Shown here piece after piece: positions 34,406-43,734 of a stretch of 64,000 nt of DNA. The notes beneath the pieces were generated by a model. The model was not told where the DNA came from and searched no databases. It saw only the letters and a program-made list of their open reading frames with translations. Every line of letters starts with the position of its first letter. Position 1 is the first letter of the stretch. The position numbers and the translations under genes are program-made. The stretch is from Candidatus Latescibacterota bacterium. Its GTDB lineage: Bacteria; Latescibacterota; UBA2968. The stretch covers positions 5,568,001-5,632,000 of the forward strand of contig OZ242311.1 of the NCBI GenBank assembly GCA_965207885.1, written 5' to 3'.

Positions 34406-35440
34406 CTAATGCATATCTATGGACAGCACATAACTGAGCAGAGTCACCAAAAGCCACGTCGCCACCAGCACAACCCCAAAAGGGCGCTTCATCGCATTGC
34501 CCGACACAAAAATGCCGCAGCGGAAAACAACGAGAATAAACACCATTGCCGGAAACAAAAATTGGAAAAACTGACCATCTGCTTGCAAGCCACCTGGTGT
34601 TGCCGCGGCCGAGACACCAGCGACAAAGAGCACATTGAGAATATCCGCGCCGATAATATTGCCAACCGCCAGCTCGCCGTGCCCGCGTCTAACAGCGGTG
34701 ATCGCCGTCACGAGTTCTGGGAGCGACGTGCCAAACGCGACAAGCGTCGCCGAAATAATGTGCTTTGGCACGCCAATTCTCTCTGCCAAAATACTCACAC
34801 TGGGAATGAGAATTTGAGCCGAAAGAACAATAACCGCAATCGCCAGGATCAACTTGACAAGCACGAGGGACGCGTTACTCTCCTCCGCATCGGTTGCATC
34901 TTCCTGCTCAGCATCCGACATAGTCGCAGCCCATCGGATCGACTGCCAAATATAGAGCCCCAAAAGAACAACAAAAGCGAACCCGGCGAACTGTGGCAAA
35001 ACCCCACCCTGACTAAACAATTTCGCGGGAGACGCCCACGGAAAACAGGCGAGCACCAGAAGAATACCAGCCCCCACCTGCACATTAGACAACCGCGACG
35101 CCAACTGACGGTTGAGAGGTAGGGGAGCAATCAGAGAAGCCAGACCAATGATAAGGCCCGTATCGCAAATAATCGAACCGACGGCATTCCCAAGCGCAAG
35201 CCCCGGTTTCCCCTGAAGCGCCGAAAACACGGACACCGCCGCTTCCGGCGTCGTCGTACCAATACTCACAATCGTCGCACCGATAACCGCTTTCCCCAGC
35301 CCCCAGCGCACCGAAAGCGTCACAGCTTCATCGACGAGCCAATCCGCACCTTTGCCGAGCGTGTACAGCGTCACCGCAATAATCACAAGCATGTACGGAC
35401 TGGCCAATCCCATCACAAGCTCTTCAATCCACTTTTCCAT
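34406..35440 (-). CDS. Ca2+/Na+ antiporter (YrbG/CaCA family)
   Basis: GTTTPE and GTSLPEL alpha repeats, GNAVGS, GNIIGA. Confidence 0.9.
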   Translation of the reverse strand: MEKWIEELVMGLASPYMLVIIAVTLYTLGKGADWLVDEAVTLSVRWGLGKAVIGATIVSIGTTTPEAAVSVFSALQGKPGLALGNAVGSIICDTGLIIGLASLIAPLPLNRQLASRLSNVQVGAGILLVLACFPWASPAKLFSQGGVLPQFAGFAFVVLLGLYIWQSIRWAATMSDAEQEDATDAEESNASLVLVKLILAIAVIVLSAQILIPSVSILAERIGVPKHIISATLVAFGTSLPELVTAITAVRRGHGELAVGNIIGADILNVLFVAGVSAAATPGGLQADGQFFQFLFPAMVFILVVFRCGIFVSGNAMKRPFGVVLVATWLLVTLLSYVLSIDMH

Positions 35441-35456
35441 CTTCTACCTTTCCCAA

Positions 35457-36230
35457 TCAAATAACAAAAATATCACTCGGACGATCCTGCTCTGCCACAC
35501 TCATCGGAAAAGACCGAATACCCTGACCCTGCAACATATCTGCACATGTCTCTCGCGCCAAATCCGGCCGATTATTTTTCTCACTCAAATGCGCCAGAAC
35601 CGCCTGCTGCAACCCCTCTCGCGCCAGATCGCACAACGCCTCGGCAGCCCCATCATTTGACAAATGACCGTGCGTACTATTAATCCTCTGCTTCAAAACC
35701 CAGGGATAAGGCCCATCCATCAGCAATTGCCGATCGTAATTCGACTCAATAATCAACAGATCAGCGCGGCGCATATGCTGATAAACCAACTGCGTCACCG
35801 TACCCATATCTGTAGCAATCGTCACATTGGCCTGCCCATCCGTCACAGAAAAATTCACGGGATCAGCGGCATCGTGAGGCAATTGAAACGCCTGAAAAGA
35901 CAAATCGCCAATTGAAAAAGCCTCATCATTTTCAAACACCCGAATCTTTTCAGTCCCTCGAAAAATCTTCTTCGACGCATTCAGCGTACCCTCCGTCATC
36001 CAAACGGACAACCCGTACCGCCGCGCCAACACCCCCACCCCCTTAATATGATCGGAATGCTCGTGACTCACCACAACAGCCTGCAAACCCGCTGGATCAA
36101 ACCCAACACCTCGCAAACGCTCTTCGATCTTCTTACCCGTCAAACCCGCATCGATAAGCACACTTGAAGAACCATTTTGAACACAAATCGAATTGCCACC
36201 GCTACCACTTGCCAACAAACAAATCTTCAC
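35457..36230 (-). CDS. MBL-fold hydrolase (YycJ/WalJ-like)
   Basis: LASGSGGN, SHEHSDH, HDA, ESNYD, GHLSN, HLSEKNN. Confidence 0.9.
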   Translation of the reverse strand: MKICLLASGSGGNSICVQNGSSSVLIDAGLTGKKIEERLRGVGFDPAGLQAVVVSHEHSDHIKGVGVLARRYGLSVWMTEGTLNASKKIFRGTEKIRVFENDEAFSIGDLSFQAFQLPHDAADPVNFSVTDGQANVTIATDMGTVTQLVYQHMRRADLLIIESNYDRQLLMDGPYPWVLKQRINSTHGHLSNDGAAEALCDLAREGLQQAVLAHLSEKNNRPDLARETCADMLQGQGIRSFPMSVAEQDRPSDIFVI

Positions 36231-36248
36231 CGGTAACTCCTCTATTCA

Positions 36249-38543
36249 CTACTCATTCACAATCCGCGCCACCCAAATACTAATCTCGTACAAAACTACG
36301 AGCGGCAGCGCCATCAAAACCTGAGACAGGGGATCGGGAGGGGTCAAAATAGCGGCGAGTATAATCCCGAACACAAGCGCATAACGCCGTCCCTTTCGCA
36401 TCCGATCGCGTGTTGCAATCCCCATCTTAGCCAAAAAAAACGTCAACACGGGCAACTCAAACACCAGGCCAAAAGCAATCAGAAGGCGCAGCACAAAACC
36501 GATATACTCCCCAATATCAAACTGCGGCATCACAATCGTATCAGCAGCCATACCAACAAAAAACTTCATCGCCAATGGGATAACCAGCCAGTACGCCAAA
36601 ACAGCACCAACAACAAAACACACAGTAGCCGAACCAATCACAAACGTCACAAATCGCCGCTCGCTGGCAAACAGACCGGGCGCGACAAACATCCAGATCT
36701 GAAAAATCAAAAACGGCAGCGCCAGAATCCCCCCACCCACCAGCGCGATCTGCAACTTGACCATAAACATGCCCATCGGTCTTAAGGTCTGCAATATCAT
36801 TTTATCTTCCAGTTCGCGGGTAGGGTGGATCAACACATCCAAAATCTCATTGACAAAAATTCCGCAAAAAACCGCGCCTATAATAATCGCGGCCAACCCC
36901 TTCAAAATGCGCCACCGCAACTCCTCCAGATGATCGAGAAAAGGCATCGGCTTGCCTTCATCGGGCAGATCTTCTTCATCGCGGTCTGGCATAATCGCCG
37001 GCACCGTACCCTCAGGCGGTGCAACATCCTCCTCCACCTCTCGCGGTCGCCGAATAGCCGACACCGCCAACCCCATCAACGCGATCACGCCGCACAACTG
37101 AGAAAACAAATCGCCAAACCGCATATAAAGCGTCTGCTCATTGCTCGGTGCAATAGTCCCTGCCACAACAGCCTCGTGAAACAAACCCGTCTTTTGCTCT
37201 TGCCGCCCATAGGGATCGATAAACATCGACACACCCGTATTGGCACAGCGCACCACCCAACGCCTGTTCTCAACAGCCCTGAACGTCGCAATATCCGCGT
37301 GCTGATAAGGTGCTGACGTGCGCCCGTACCACCCATCATTCGTAATCACCACCAAAAACTCGGCACCCCGAACCATCATATCGCGCGCAAGCCAGGGAAA
37401 CACCGAATCAAAACAAATCATCCCGGAAAACTTTCCACCCGGCACCTCAAAAACCGTAAGCGCAGTCCCGCTCTCAAAATCGCCGCTGATATACCCACCG
37501 CCACTCCATTGAAAATCGCGCAAAAACCCGAGCAACTTGGGAAAAGGCGCCCGCTCTCCAAACGGCACCACCTTCACCTTGTCGTAATGCGGCAAATCGC
37601 CCCCGCCAGGCTCCAACAAAAAAGAAGAATTGTAATAGCGATCCCGCGCCGCGGCCTCGAAGCGATTCGCCCCCATATACAGATAAATCCCCAGCGAATC
37701 GACCAGCGCCTGCACCCGCGCCTGATACGCCTGTTGCGATGCATCATCACGCTTCAAATACGCGGGCAAAGCCGCCTCTGACCACACAACCAACCGCGTC
37801 CCCGACTCCGCGGCCTGAATCGTCAAAGGCTCCAACTTGTTAAAATTGTGATCAAAACCCCAGTAAGATTTCTCAACAGGCGGCACATTTTGCTGCACAA
37901 TGGCAACCTTCAAATCGCCCTCGGCAACCGGCTCTGCCATACGCCACAAACCAAATCCCGCTGGCAGTGCAAAAGCCAGAACCAGAGCACCAACCATCAA
38001 GTCTCGCCGCGCACTTTCCAATGCCTTAAACGCAATCAGATTAACCACCACCACCCAGAACGACACCCCGTAAACCCCTGTCGCCTCTGCAATCTGGATC
38101 AAAGGCAAATAATCCACCTGGCTATGCCCGAGGAGCATCCACGGAAAACCCATATCGCCCAGCGTATTAAAATATTCAAACCCCACCCACAAAAAAGGCA
38201 CCATCCACAACCCCAGCCTGCCAACGCGCGCCATTGCAAACGCCCACAACCACACAAACAGCCCCCGAAAAAGCGACATATACAAAATTGCCCCCGCCAT
38301 ACCCGGGGGGGTAATCCACGCAATCCAATAAACACTCGCACCGTAAAAAACCACACCCTGCAAAAAACCCGCGCCAAAAGCCACGCGCCCACGCAGATTT
38401 TCGGCAACGGGAATCAGAGGCAACAAACTGATACAAGCCAAAAAACCGAGCGGCAAAGGAGGAAAAGCCGCTGCCATCAGCAGACCCGACAAAATCGGAT
38501 ACCCGAGCACCAACCGCCAACCCCACGTATTGTCCTGCGCCAT
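36249..38543 (-). CDS. lnt-tatC: fusion of apolipoprotein N-acyltransferase Lnt and Tat translocase subunit TatC
   Basis: Lnt GFPW, WSE, YDK..VPFGE, ICFD, TNDGWY, RAVEN, ANTGVS; then in frame TatC HLEELR, FVAPGL..ERR, FGLVFELP, TPPD..SQ, LYE. Confidence 0.9.
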   Translation of the reverse strand: MAQDNTWGWRLVLGYPILSGLLMAAAFPPLPLGFLACISLLPLIPVAENLRGRVAFGAGFLQGVVFYGASVYWIAWITPPGMAGAILYMSLFRGLFVWLWAFAMARVGRLGLWMVPFLWVGFEYFNTLGDMGFPWMLLGHSQVDYLPLIQIAEATGVYGVSFWVVVVNLIAFKALESARRDLMVGALVLAFALPAGFGLWRMAEPVAEGDLKVAIVQQNVPPVEKSYWGFDHNFNKLEPLTIQAAESGTRLVVWSEAALPAYLKRDDASQQAYQARVQALVDSLGIYLYMGANRFEAAARDRYYNSSFLLEPGGGDLPHYDKVKVVPFGERAPFPKLLGFLRDFQWSGGGYISGDFESGTALTVFEVPGGKFSGMICFDSVFPWLARDMMVRGAEFLVVITNDGWYGRTSAPYQHADIATFRAVENRRWVVRCANTGVSMFIDPYGRQEQKTGLFHEAVVAGTIAPSNEQTLYMRFGDLFSQLCGVIALMGLAVSAIRRPREVEEDVAPPEGTVPAIMPDRDEEDLPDEGKPMPFLDHLEELRWRILKGLAAIIIGAVFCGIFVNEILDVLIHPTRELEDKMILQTLRPMGMFMVKLQIALVGGGILALPFLIFQIWMFVAPGLFASERRFVTFVIGSATVCFVVGAVLAYWLVIPLAMKFFVGMAADTIVMPQFDIGEYIGFVLRLLIAFGLVFELPVLTFFLAKMGIATRDRMRKGRRYALVFGIILAAILTPPDPLSQVLMALPLVVLYEISIWVARIVNE

Positions 38544-38550
38544 ACTATCA

Positions 38551-38580
38551 CCTGTGTTCATCTGTGTCTATCTGTGGTTA
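38551..38580 (-). repeat. 10-nt tandem repeat CACAGATRRA x3
   Basis: Same family as 29571..29599. Confidence 0.7.
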
Positions 38581-38676
38581 AAAATCCCTATTGCAAAAAA
38601 CACAAAGATTACGGAATATAAAGACGGGTCAAATCCCTGTCAATTGCCGTCCAAAAAAACAAACCCGGTCTATAAC

Positions 38677-39891
38677 ATGTTACCCGACCTCAATACAGAA
38701 CTCCAGGCATTGCGCGAACAAAACCTCTACCGCTCGGTGCGAAGTGTGGAAACCAGCCAGGAACCCCGCATCCGCATCAAAGGGCGAGAACTCATCCTCT
38801 TTTGCTCAAACAACTATCTGGGCCTCGCCAACCATCCCGTCCTCAAAGGTGCAGCAATCGAAGCGCTCAACACCTATGGAAGCAGCACCGTAGCATCGGC
38901 ACTCATCTCGGGATACATGCCCCCACACGCCGACCTCGAAAGCAGCATGGCACAATTCCTCGACACAGAAGCAGCCATCGCATTTCCCACGGGCTACACG
39001 GCCAACCTCGGCGTTATACCCGCCCTCATCAACCGCGACGACATCATTTTTAGCGACCAATTAAATCACCGCAGCATCATTGATAGCTGTCGCCTCTCCC
39101 GCGCACAAATCGCCATCTATAACCACTGCGACATCGCCCACCTCGAAACCCAGCTCAAAACCTCATCCGCCCATCGCCGTCGCCTCATCGTCACCGATGG
39201 CGTCTTCTCAATGGACGGAGACATCGCCCCACTGCCCGAACTCGTCTCCCTCGCCGAACAACACAACGCCATCCTCATGGTCGATGACGCCCACGCAACC
39301 GGGGTCCTCGGACCTGGGGGTCGCGGCACCTTCGAACACTTTGGCCTCTCTCCCGAAGCCATCGACATCCTCATGACCTCCGGCAGCAAAGCCCTCGGCG
39401 CATCCGGCGGATTCATCTGTGGCAGCCGCGACCTCATCGACCTCATACGCAACCGCTCGGCAGCGTACATCTACACCACCGCAATGCCGCCCGACGCATG
39501 TGCATCCACCACCGCGGCACTCGACCTCATCCAGCGCGATACCAGCTTGCGCCAACGCCTGTGGCACAACACAACAACCATCAGCCAGCACCTTCAAGCC
39601 CTCGGATTCGACCTCGCCCAATCCCAAACCCACATCATACCCATACTCGTTGGCGACGCCCAGAAAACCGTTGAAATATCCGAACACCTCTACAACCACG
39701 GCATCTACCTCTACGGCATACGCCCCCCCACCGTACCCGAGGGCCAAAGCCGTCTGCGCCTCTCCGTCATGGCAACCCATACCGACGACGACATCGCACA
39801 ATTATTAGACGCCATGGCCGAAGTCCGACACAGTTTTTTTGGAGACCACCAGGTCCAACCCCCTCGACCACATCCGAATCGTCCTGGTTGA
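38677..39891 (+). CDS. bioF: 8-amino-7-oxononanoate synthase
   Basis: SNNYLGLA, SDQLNH, DGVFSMDGD, DDAHA.G, SKALG, IRPPTVP..RLR. Confidence 0.88.
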   Translation: MLPDLNTELQALREQNLYRSVRSVETSQEPRIRIKGRELILFCSNNYLGLANHPVLKGAAIEALNTYGSSTVASALISGYMPPHADLESSMAQFLDTEAAIAFPTGYTANLGVIPALINRDDIIFSDQLNHRSIIDSCRLSRAQIAIYNHCDIAHLETQLKTSSAHRRRLIVTDGVFSMDGDIAPLPELVSLAEQHNAILMVDDAHATGVLGPGGRGTFEHFGLSPEAIDILMTSGSKALGASGGFICGSRDLIDLIRNRSAAYIYTTAMPPDACASTTAALDLIQRDTSLRQRLWHNTTTISQHLQALGFDLAQSQTHIIPILVGDAQKTVEISEHLYNHGIYLYGIRPPTVPEGQSRLRLSVMATHTDDDIAQLLDAMAEVRHSFFGDHQVQPPRPHPNRPG

Positions 39892-40618
39892 ACCCAAAGA
39901 ACCCGGCAACATCGGCGCCGTGGCTCGCGCGATGAAAAACACGGGCTTATCGCACCTCTACCTCGTCAATCCCCCCGATCACACCAGCGGCGAAGCCCGC
40001 GCAATGGCGCATGGATCGGGCGACATCCTCTACGGTGCTACCGTCGTATCCTCACTACCCGAAGCACTCGCAGACGTATCGCTTGCCGTGGGCACATCCC
40101 ATCGCAAACGCCGCGAATTCGACATCGTACACCCACCTCAAACCGCGACAGACAAACTGTTATCCCTTCCCGAAAATCACAAAGGAGCCATCGTTTTTGG
40201 CCGGGAAGAAAACGGACTGACCAACAACGAAATCCAACTGTGTCAGCTAATCTCCCGCATTCCTTCAGCCGTGCGTTACCCTTCCCTCAACCTGTCGCAA
40301 GCCACCCTCATCTATGGCTACGAACTCTTTCGCGCAACCCATTCCGAAACCCCCTACAAACCATCGGAACTCGATCTGGCTACGCACCGCGAACTCGAAT
40401 CCATGTACGACCACATCCAAACCGCACTCGACAAACTCGGCTTTGTCTCGCGGCACCGCCCCCAGACCTTTATCCGATCCATCCGCCGAATCTTCAGCCG
40501 CATCGACATGGAACACCGCGACGTGGCGACCATCCACCGCGTCTTCCGCCAGGTCGATCGCTTCATCGCGCGGCACGGCCTCAACCCCATCCCATCACCC
40601 GATAAAAAAACAGAGTAA
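39839..40618 (+). CDS. trmJ: TrmJ/LasT SPOUT RNA methyltransferase
   Basis: IVLVEP..PGNIGAVARAMKN, FGRE..GL, YPSLNLSQA; start uncertain. Confidence 0.85.
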   Translation: METTRSNPLDHIRIVLVEPKEPGNIGAVARAMKNTGLSHLYLVNPPDHTSGEARAMAHGSGDILYGATVVSSLPEALADVSLAVGTSHRKRREFDIVHPPQTATDKLLSLPENHKGAIVFGREENGLTNNEIQLCQLISRIPSAVRYPSLNLSQATLIYGYELFRATHSETPYKPSELDLATHRELESMYDHIQTALDKLGFVSRHRPQTFIRSIRRIFSRIDMEHRDVATIHRVFRQVDRFIARHGLNPIPSPDKKTE

Positions 40619-40634
40619 CCGATCTCTGCGGTAG

Positions 40635-41984
40635 TCACCCCCCAAACCCCAGCGTCTCCAAAAGCGACAGACTCAAAGACTCCATTGCCGGCACTGTACC
40701 CACACCTCCCAAAGACGACAGAGATGCCCACGTCTCATACCCTCCCTCTTGCGCCAATGCCTCATCTGTACACACATAACCGATATACCCATTCGCCAGA
40801 CTCACCAGCATCAACGGCGAAACCGACGTCTGCGCCTTAATCCGAAGGCCAGTCTCCACAAAAATCTCCCCCGGCAACGCCAGAATCGCCGCATCGCCCA
40901 ACCGGATCGCTTGCACGGGTGCCGTCATCTGTTCGGGCAACGCCGCCAACCGCTGGCACTGCCTGGCATACACACCTACCCGATCCTTCCGCACCGGTTG
41001 TCCCACCACCCAACTGAATGGACCCTCCTCGTATTCGTATCCACCTGCGAGAATCTGTTCGGCAATATCGAGATCCGTCTCTGTAATCACTTTCCTCGAA
41101 AATTCCAGCGTCCCCGTCACAGCCTCCAATGCCAATTCCTCATCCAAATCCATCAACTGAATCTCTGTCAAAACATGCCCTGCCAGAACATTTGCCATCC
41201 GCCGCGCTCTGGGGTGCCCCCGATCCCGCCAAATCCGCTCGCCACTATAATCGTTGTTATTAATCTGTCCAGACGCCGCATTCCACAAAATCGGCACACA
41301 GTTCCCACCTATATAATGCCGCATCAAATTGAAAAACTGGCCAAAATAATCCGCCGACACCTCCCCGACACTGCCCGTTCCCACATAGTGCAGTGAAAAA
41401 CTCGCCACCACCGAAATCGGCGTACCATCTACCCCCTCCACATACATCATCGCCAACTCCGGATCGATCTCGCCCATCGGCCGCACGAGATCCGGATTGT
41501 TCAAACCCGGATTCATCCGCACGGTCCCATCCTTCATCAACCAGCGCCGATAAAACGAAATACGATCCTCCATCACACTGGCAAATCCCGCCCGGGCAGG
41601 CTGCATTCTCTTAATAGCCAACTCCACTGCATCGGCCACTTTCAGCGGGAGCCAGGTCGTGTACCCCTCATCTTCACCCATACCCAGAAGATTGCTCACC
41701 CCTGCCCCTGAATGCGTATGTGTCGCATTCACCATCACGCACTCAGGAGATATCCCACACCGTTCTTCAATACGCGCCTTCACGGCATTCGCAATCGCTT
41801 CTGGCACCGCGATCAAATCGCAAGTCACCATCGCAATCCTGACATCTCCATTATCGATCACCAGTGCCTTGGCCAGAAGCTCATCGTGTACATCCTCTCC
41901 GTATCGCGGCTGAAAACTTCCCGGCATCGTAACCCCCAGCCAGGGTGTAATATTGGACGTAGCAGCCCCTGCTTGCAATTTCAT
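40635..41984 (-). CDS. neutral/alkaline ceramidase-like hydrolase
   Basis: VHDEL.AKAL, ATHTHSG, SADY.G, LPGEIF, LANGYIGY, GGYET. Confidence 0.75.
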   Translation of the reverse strand: MKLQAGAATSNITPWLGVTMPGSFQPRYGEDVHDELLAKALVIDNGDVRIAMVTCDLIAVPEAIANAVKARIEERCGISPECVMVNATHTHSGAGVSNLLGMGEDEGYTTWLPLKVADAVELAIKRMQPARAGFASVMEDRISFYRRWLMKDGTVRMNPGLNNPDLVRPMGEIDPELAMMYVEGVDGTPISVVASFSLHYVGTGSVGEVSADYFGQFFNLMRHYIGGNCVPILWNAASGQINNNDYSGERIWRDRGHPRARRMANVLAGHVLTEIQLMDLDEELALEAVTGTLEFSRKVITETDLDIAEQILAGGYEYEEGPFSWVVGQPVRKDRVGVYARQCQRLAALPEQMTAPVQAIRLGDAAILALPGEIFVETGLRIKAQTSVSPLMLVSLANGYIGYVCTDEALAQEGGYETWASLSSLGGVGTVPAMESLSLSLLETLGFGG

Positions 41985-42097
41985 AATAATCCTCCCGTGT
42001 TAGATTTCACATCTTTTCTGTATTATATACCTGATATTTTCGCAACAGTAAAAGAAAAATGGAAACAGGGCGTTTTGTCGAATGAAGTTCAATGCGG

Positions 42098-42126
42098 TTG
42101 ACAGTGGTTCAGGGAACGCTTATTCT
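42098..42126 (+). promoter_or_regulatory. pdxA promoter
   Basis: TTGACA-N17-TATTCT. Confidence 0.55.
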
Positions 42127-42146
42127 TTGAACAGGAGGTGGTTTTT

Positions 42147-43172
42147 GTGGCCGAATTGACAAAACGCCCCGTGATTGGCGTAACCGTGGGCGACCCGGCG
42201 GGAATTGGACCAGAGGTCGTGATCAAGGCACTGTGTGAACCCGCGCTTTATAACGACGTAAAGCCACTGGTCTTTGCCGACCGATCGATTTTGGAACAAA
42301 CGGTCAAGATGCTGGGTGTGGATATGGATCTGCACACCGTAAACAATCCACACAACGGGCATTATGAAGTCGGGTGTATCGACTTTATTGACGTTGAGAG
42401 TCTGTCTGAGCCAATTGCCTATGGCCAGATCTCTGCCGAAGGTGGTCGGGCGGGATATCAATATTTGGACCGGGCAATTGATGCGGCTCTATCAGGTACC
42501 GTAGCTGGCCTATCCACAGCGCCATTGAACAAAGAATCGTTGCAGGCTGCAAAGTTACCTTATATTGACCACACGGCGATGCTCAATGCGCGAGCGGCAT
42601 TGCGAGTGCCGATGACGCTATTTTTGGTAAAAAATTTGAAAATCTTCTTTCTCACCCGACATATTTCCTTTCGGGAAATCCCAGATGCCATTACAAAAGC
42701 GGGAATTCTGGAAGCATTGCCGCTCTGCGACCTGTATTTGCGGCAACTGGGAACGGAAACACCGACCATAGCTGTGGCCGGCTTAAACCCACACGGCGGC
42801 GAACAGGGTCTGTTTGGACGAGAGGAAATCGAAGTAATCAGCCCCGCTGTAGAAGAAGCGCAAAAACGCGGATGGCTGGTACAAGGACCAATACCAGCGG
42901 ACTCGGTATTTCATCTGGCGCTGGAAGGGCGTTACGATGGGGTATTATCGCTTTACCACGACCAGGGGCATATCGCATCCAAAACGCTGGATTTCCACGG
43001 AACAGTAAGCCTGACAATGGGACTGAAATTTCTGCGCACATCAGTAGATCACGGAACCGCCTTTGACATTGCCGGACAGGGAATAGCGTCAGAACGGGGC
43101 ATGGTAGAAGCAATTCGCGCGGCCGGAAAATATGCGGTGCCAGTACGCGAGCGATTGGAAATGAGTCGATAA
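42147..43172 (+). CDS. pdxA: PdxA-family dehydrogenase (probably PdxA2-like)
   Basis: GDPAGIGPE, TAPLNKE, GLNPH.GE.GLFG.EE, YHDQGHI, RTSVDHGTAFDIAG. Confidence 0.9.
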   Translation: MAELTKRPVIGVTVGDPAGIGPEVVIKALCEPALYNDVKPLVFADRSILEQTVKMLGVDMDLHTVNNPHNGHYEVGCIDFIDVESLSEPIAYGQISAEGGRAGYQYLDRAIDAALSGTVAGLSTAPLNKESLQAAKLPYIDHTAMLNARAALRVPMTLFLVKNLKIFFLTRHISFREIPDAITKAGILEALPLCDLYLRQLGTETPTIAVAGLNPHGGEQGLFGREEIEVISPAVEEAQKRGWLVQGPIPADSVFHLALEGRYDGVLSLYHDQGHIASKTLDFHGTVSLTMGLKFLRTSVDHGTAFDIAGQGIASERGMVEAIRAAGKYAVPVRERLEMSR

Positions 43173-43173
43173 A

Positions 43174-43632
43174 ATGCCGTCAAACTACACCATTGCAAAA
43201 GAATTGAAGCGCGTGGCGGATTACCGTGAAATATGTGGTGAGGATCCAGCAGATTATCTCAATGCCGCCTGGATGGTCCAGTCGTTTTCACGCGGCAGGC
43301 TGGACGAGTTGTACCCAGTTGAAGGCAGGGAACTGCTGGAACGCACAAACGAGTTTAGCGACGAAGTGATAGACACAATCGTCGAAGTCATTGAAGGCAA
43401 AGAGATCCGCGCGTTGCAGGAGCGGCAGGGCGTTCCTTTGACCGTGCTGGAATTGGTCGAAATTCGGGGGATCGGTGGCAAAATGGCCAGGCGCCTTTTT
43501 AGCGAGCTGGGCGTGGTTGATTTGCGGGGCTTGCGGGCTGTCGTCGTGAACGGACAAATCAGCCAGGTAAAGGGCTTCAGGACAAAGACCATCGAGAAAA
43601 TCACTGCTTTTCTGGACGAAAAGGGAGTGTAG
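43174..43632 (+). CDS. stand-alone helix-hairpin-helix protein resembling the PolX N-terminus
   Basis: N..IA..L..AD..E..GE..Y..AA, IRGIGGK.A..L..ELG, VKGF..KT.EKI; no palm or PHP domain. Confidence 0.6.
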   Translation: MPSNYTIAKELKRVADYREICGEDPADYLNAAWMVQSFSRGRLDELYPVEGRELLERTNEFSDEVIDTIVEVIEGKEIRALQERQGVPLTVLELVEIRGIGGKMARRLFSELGVVDLRGLRAVVVNGQISQVKGFRTKTIEKITAFLDEKGV

Positions 43633-43734
43633 ATTTATCTGTATCCACTTGATTTATTTGTGTAAGTATATATACTTATTGCAGTATTAACTTTTTGCAT
43701 CTCGAAACTCACCTCTCCTTACGAGGACCGCGCT

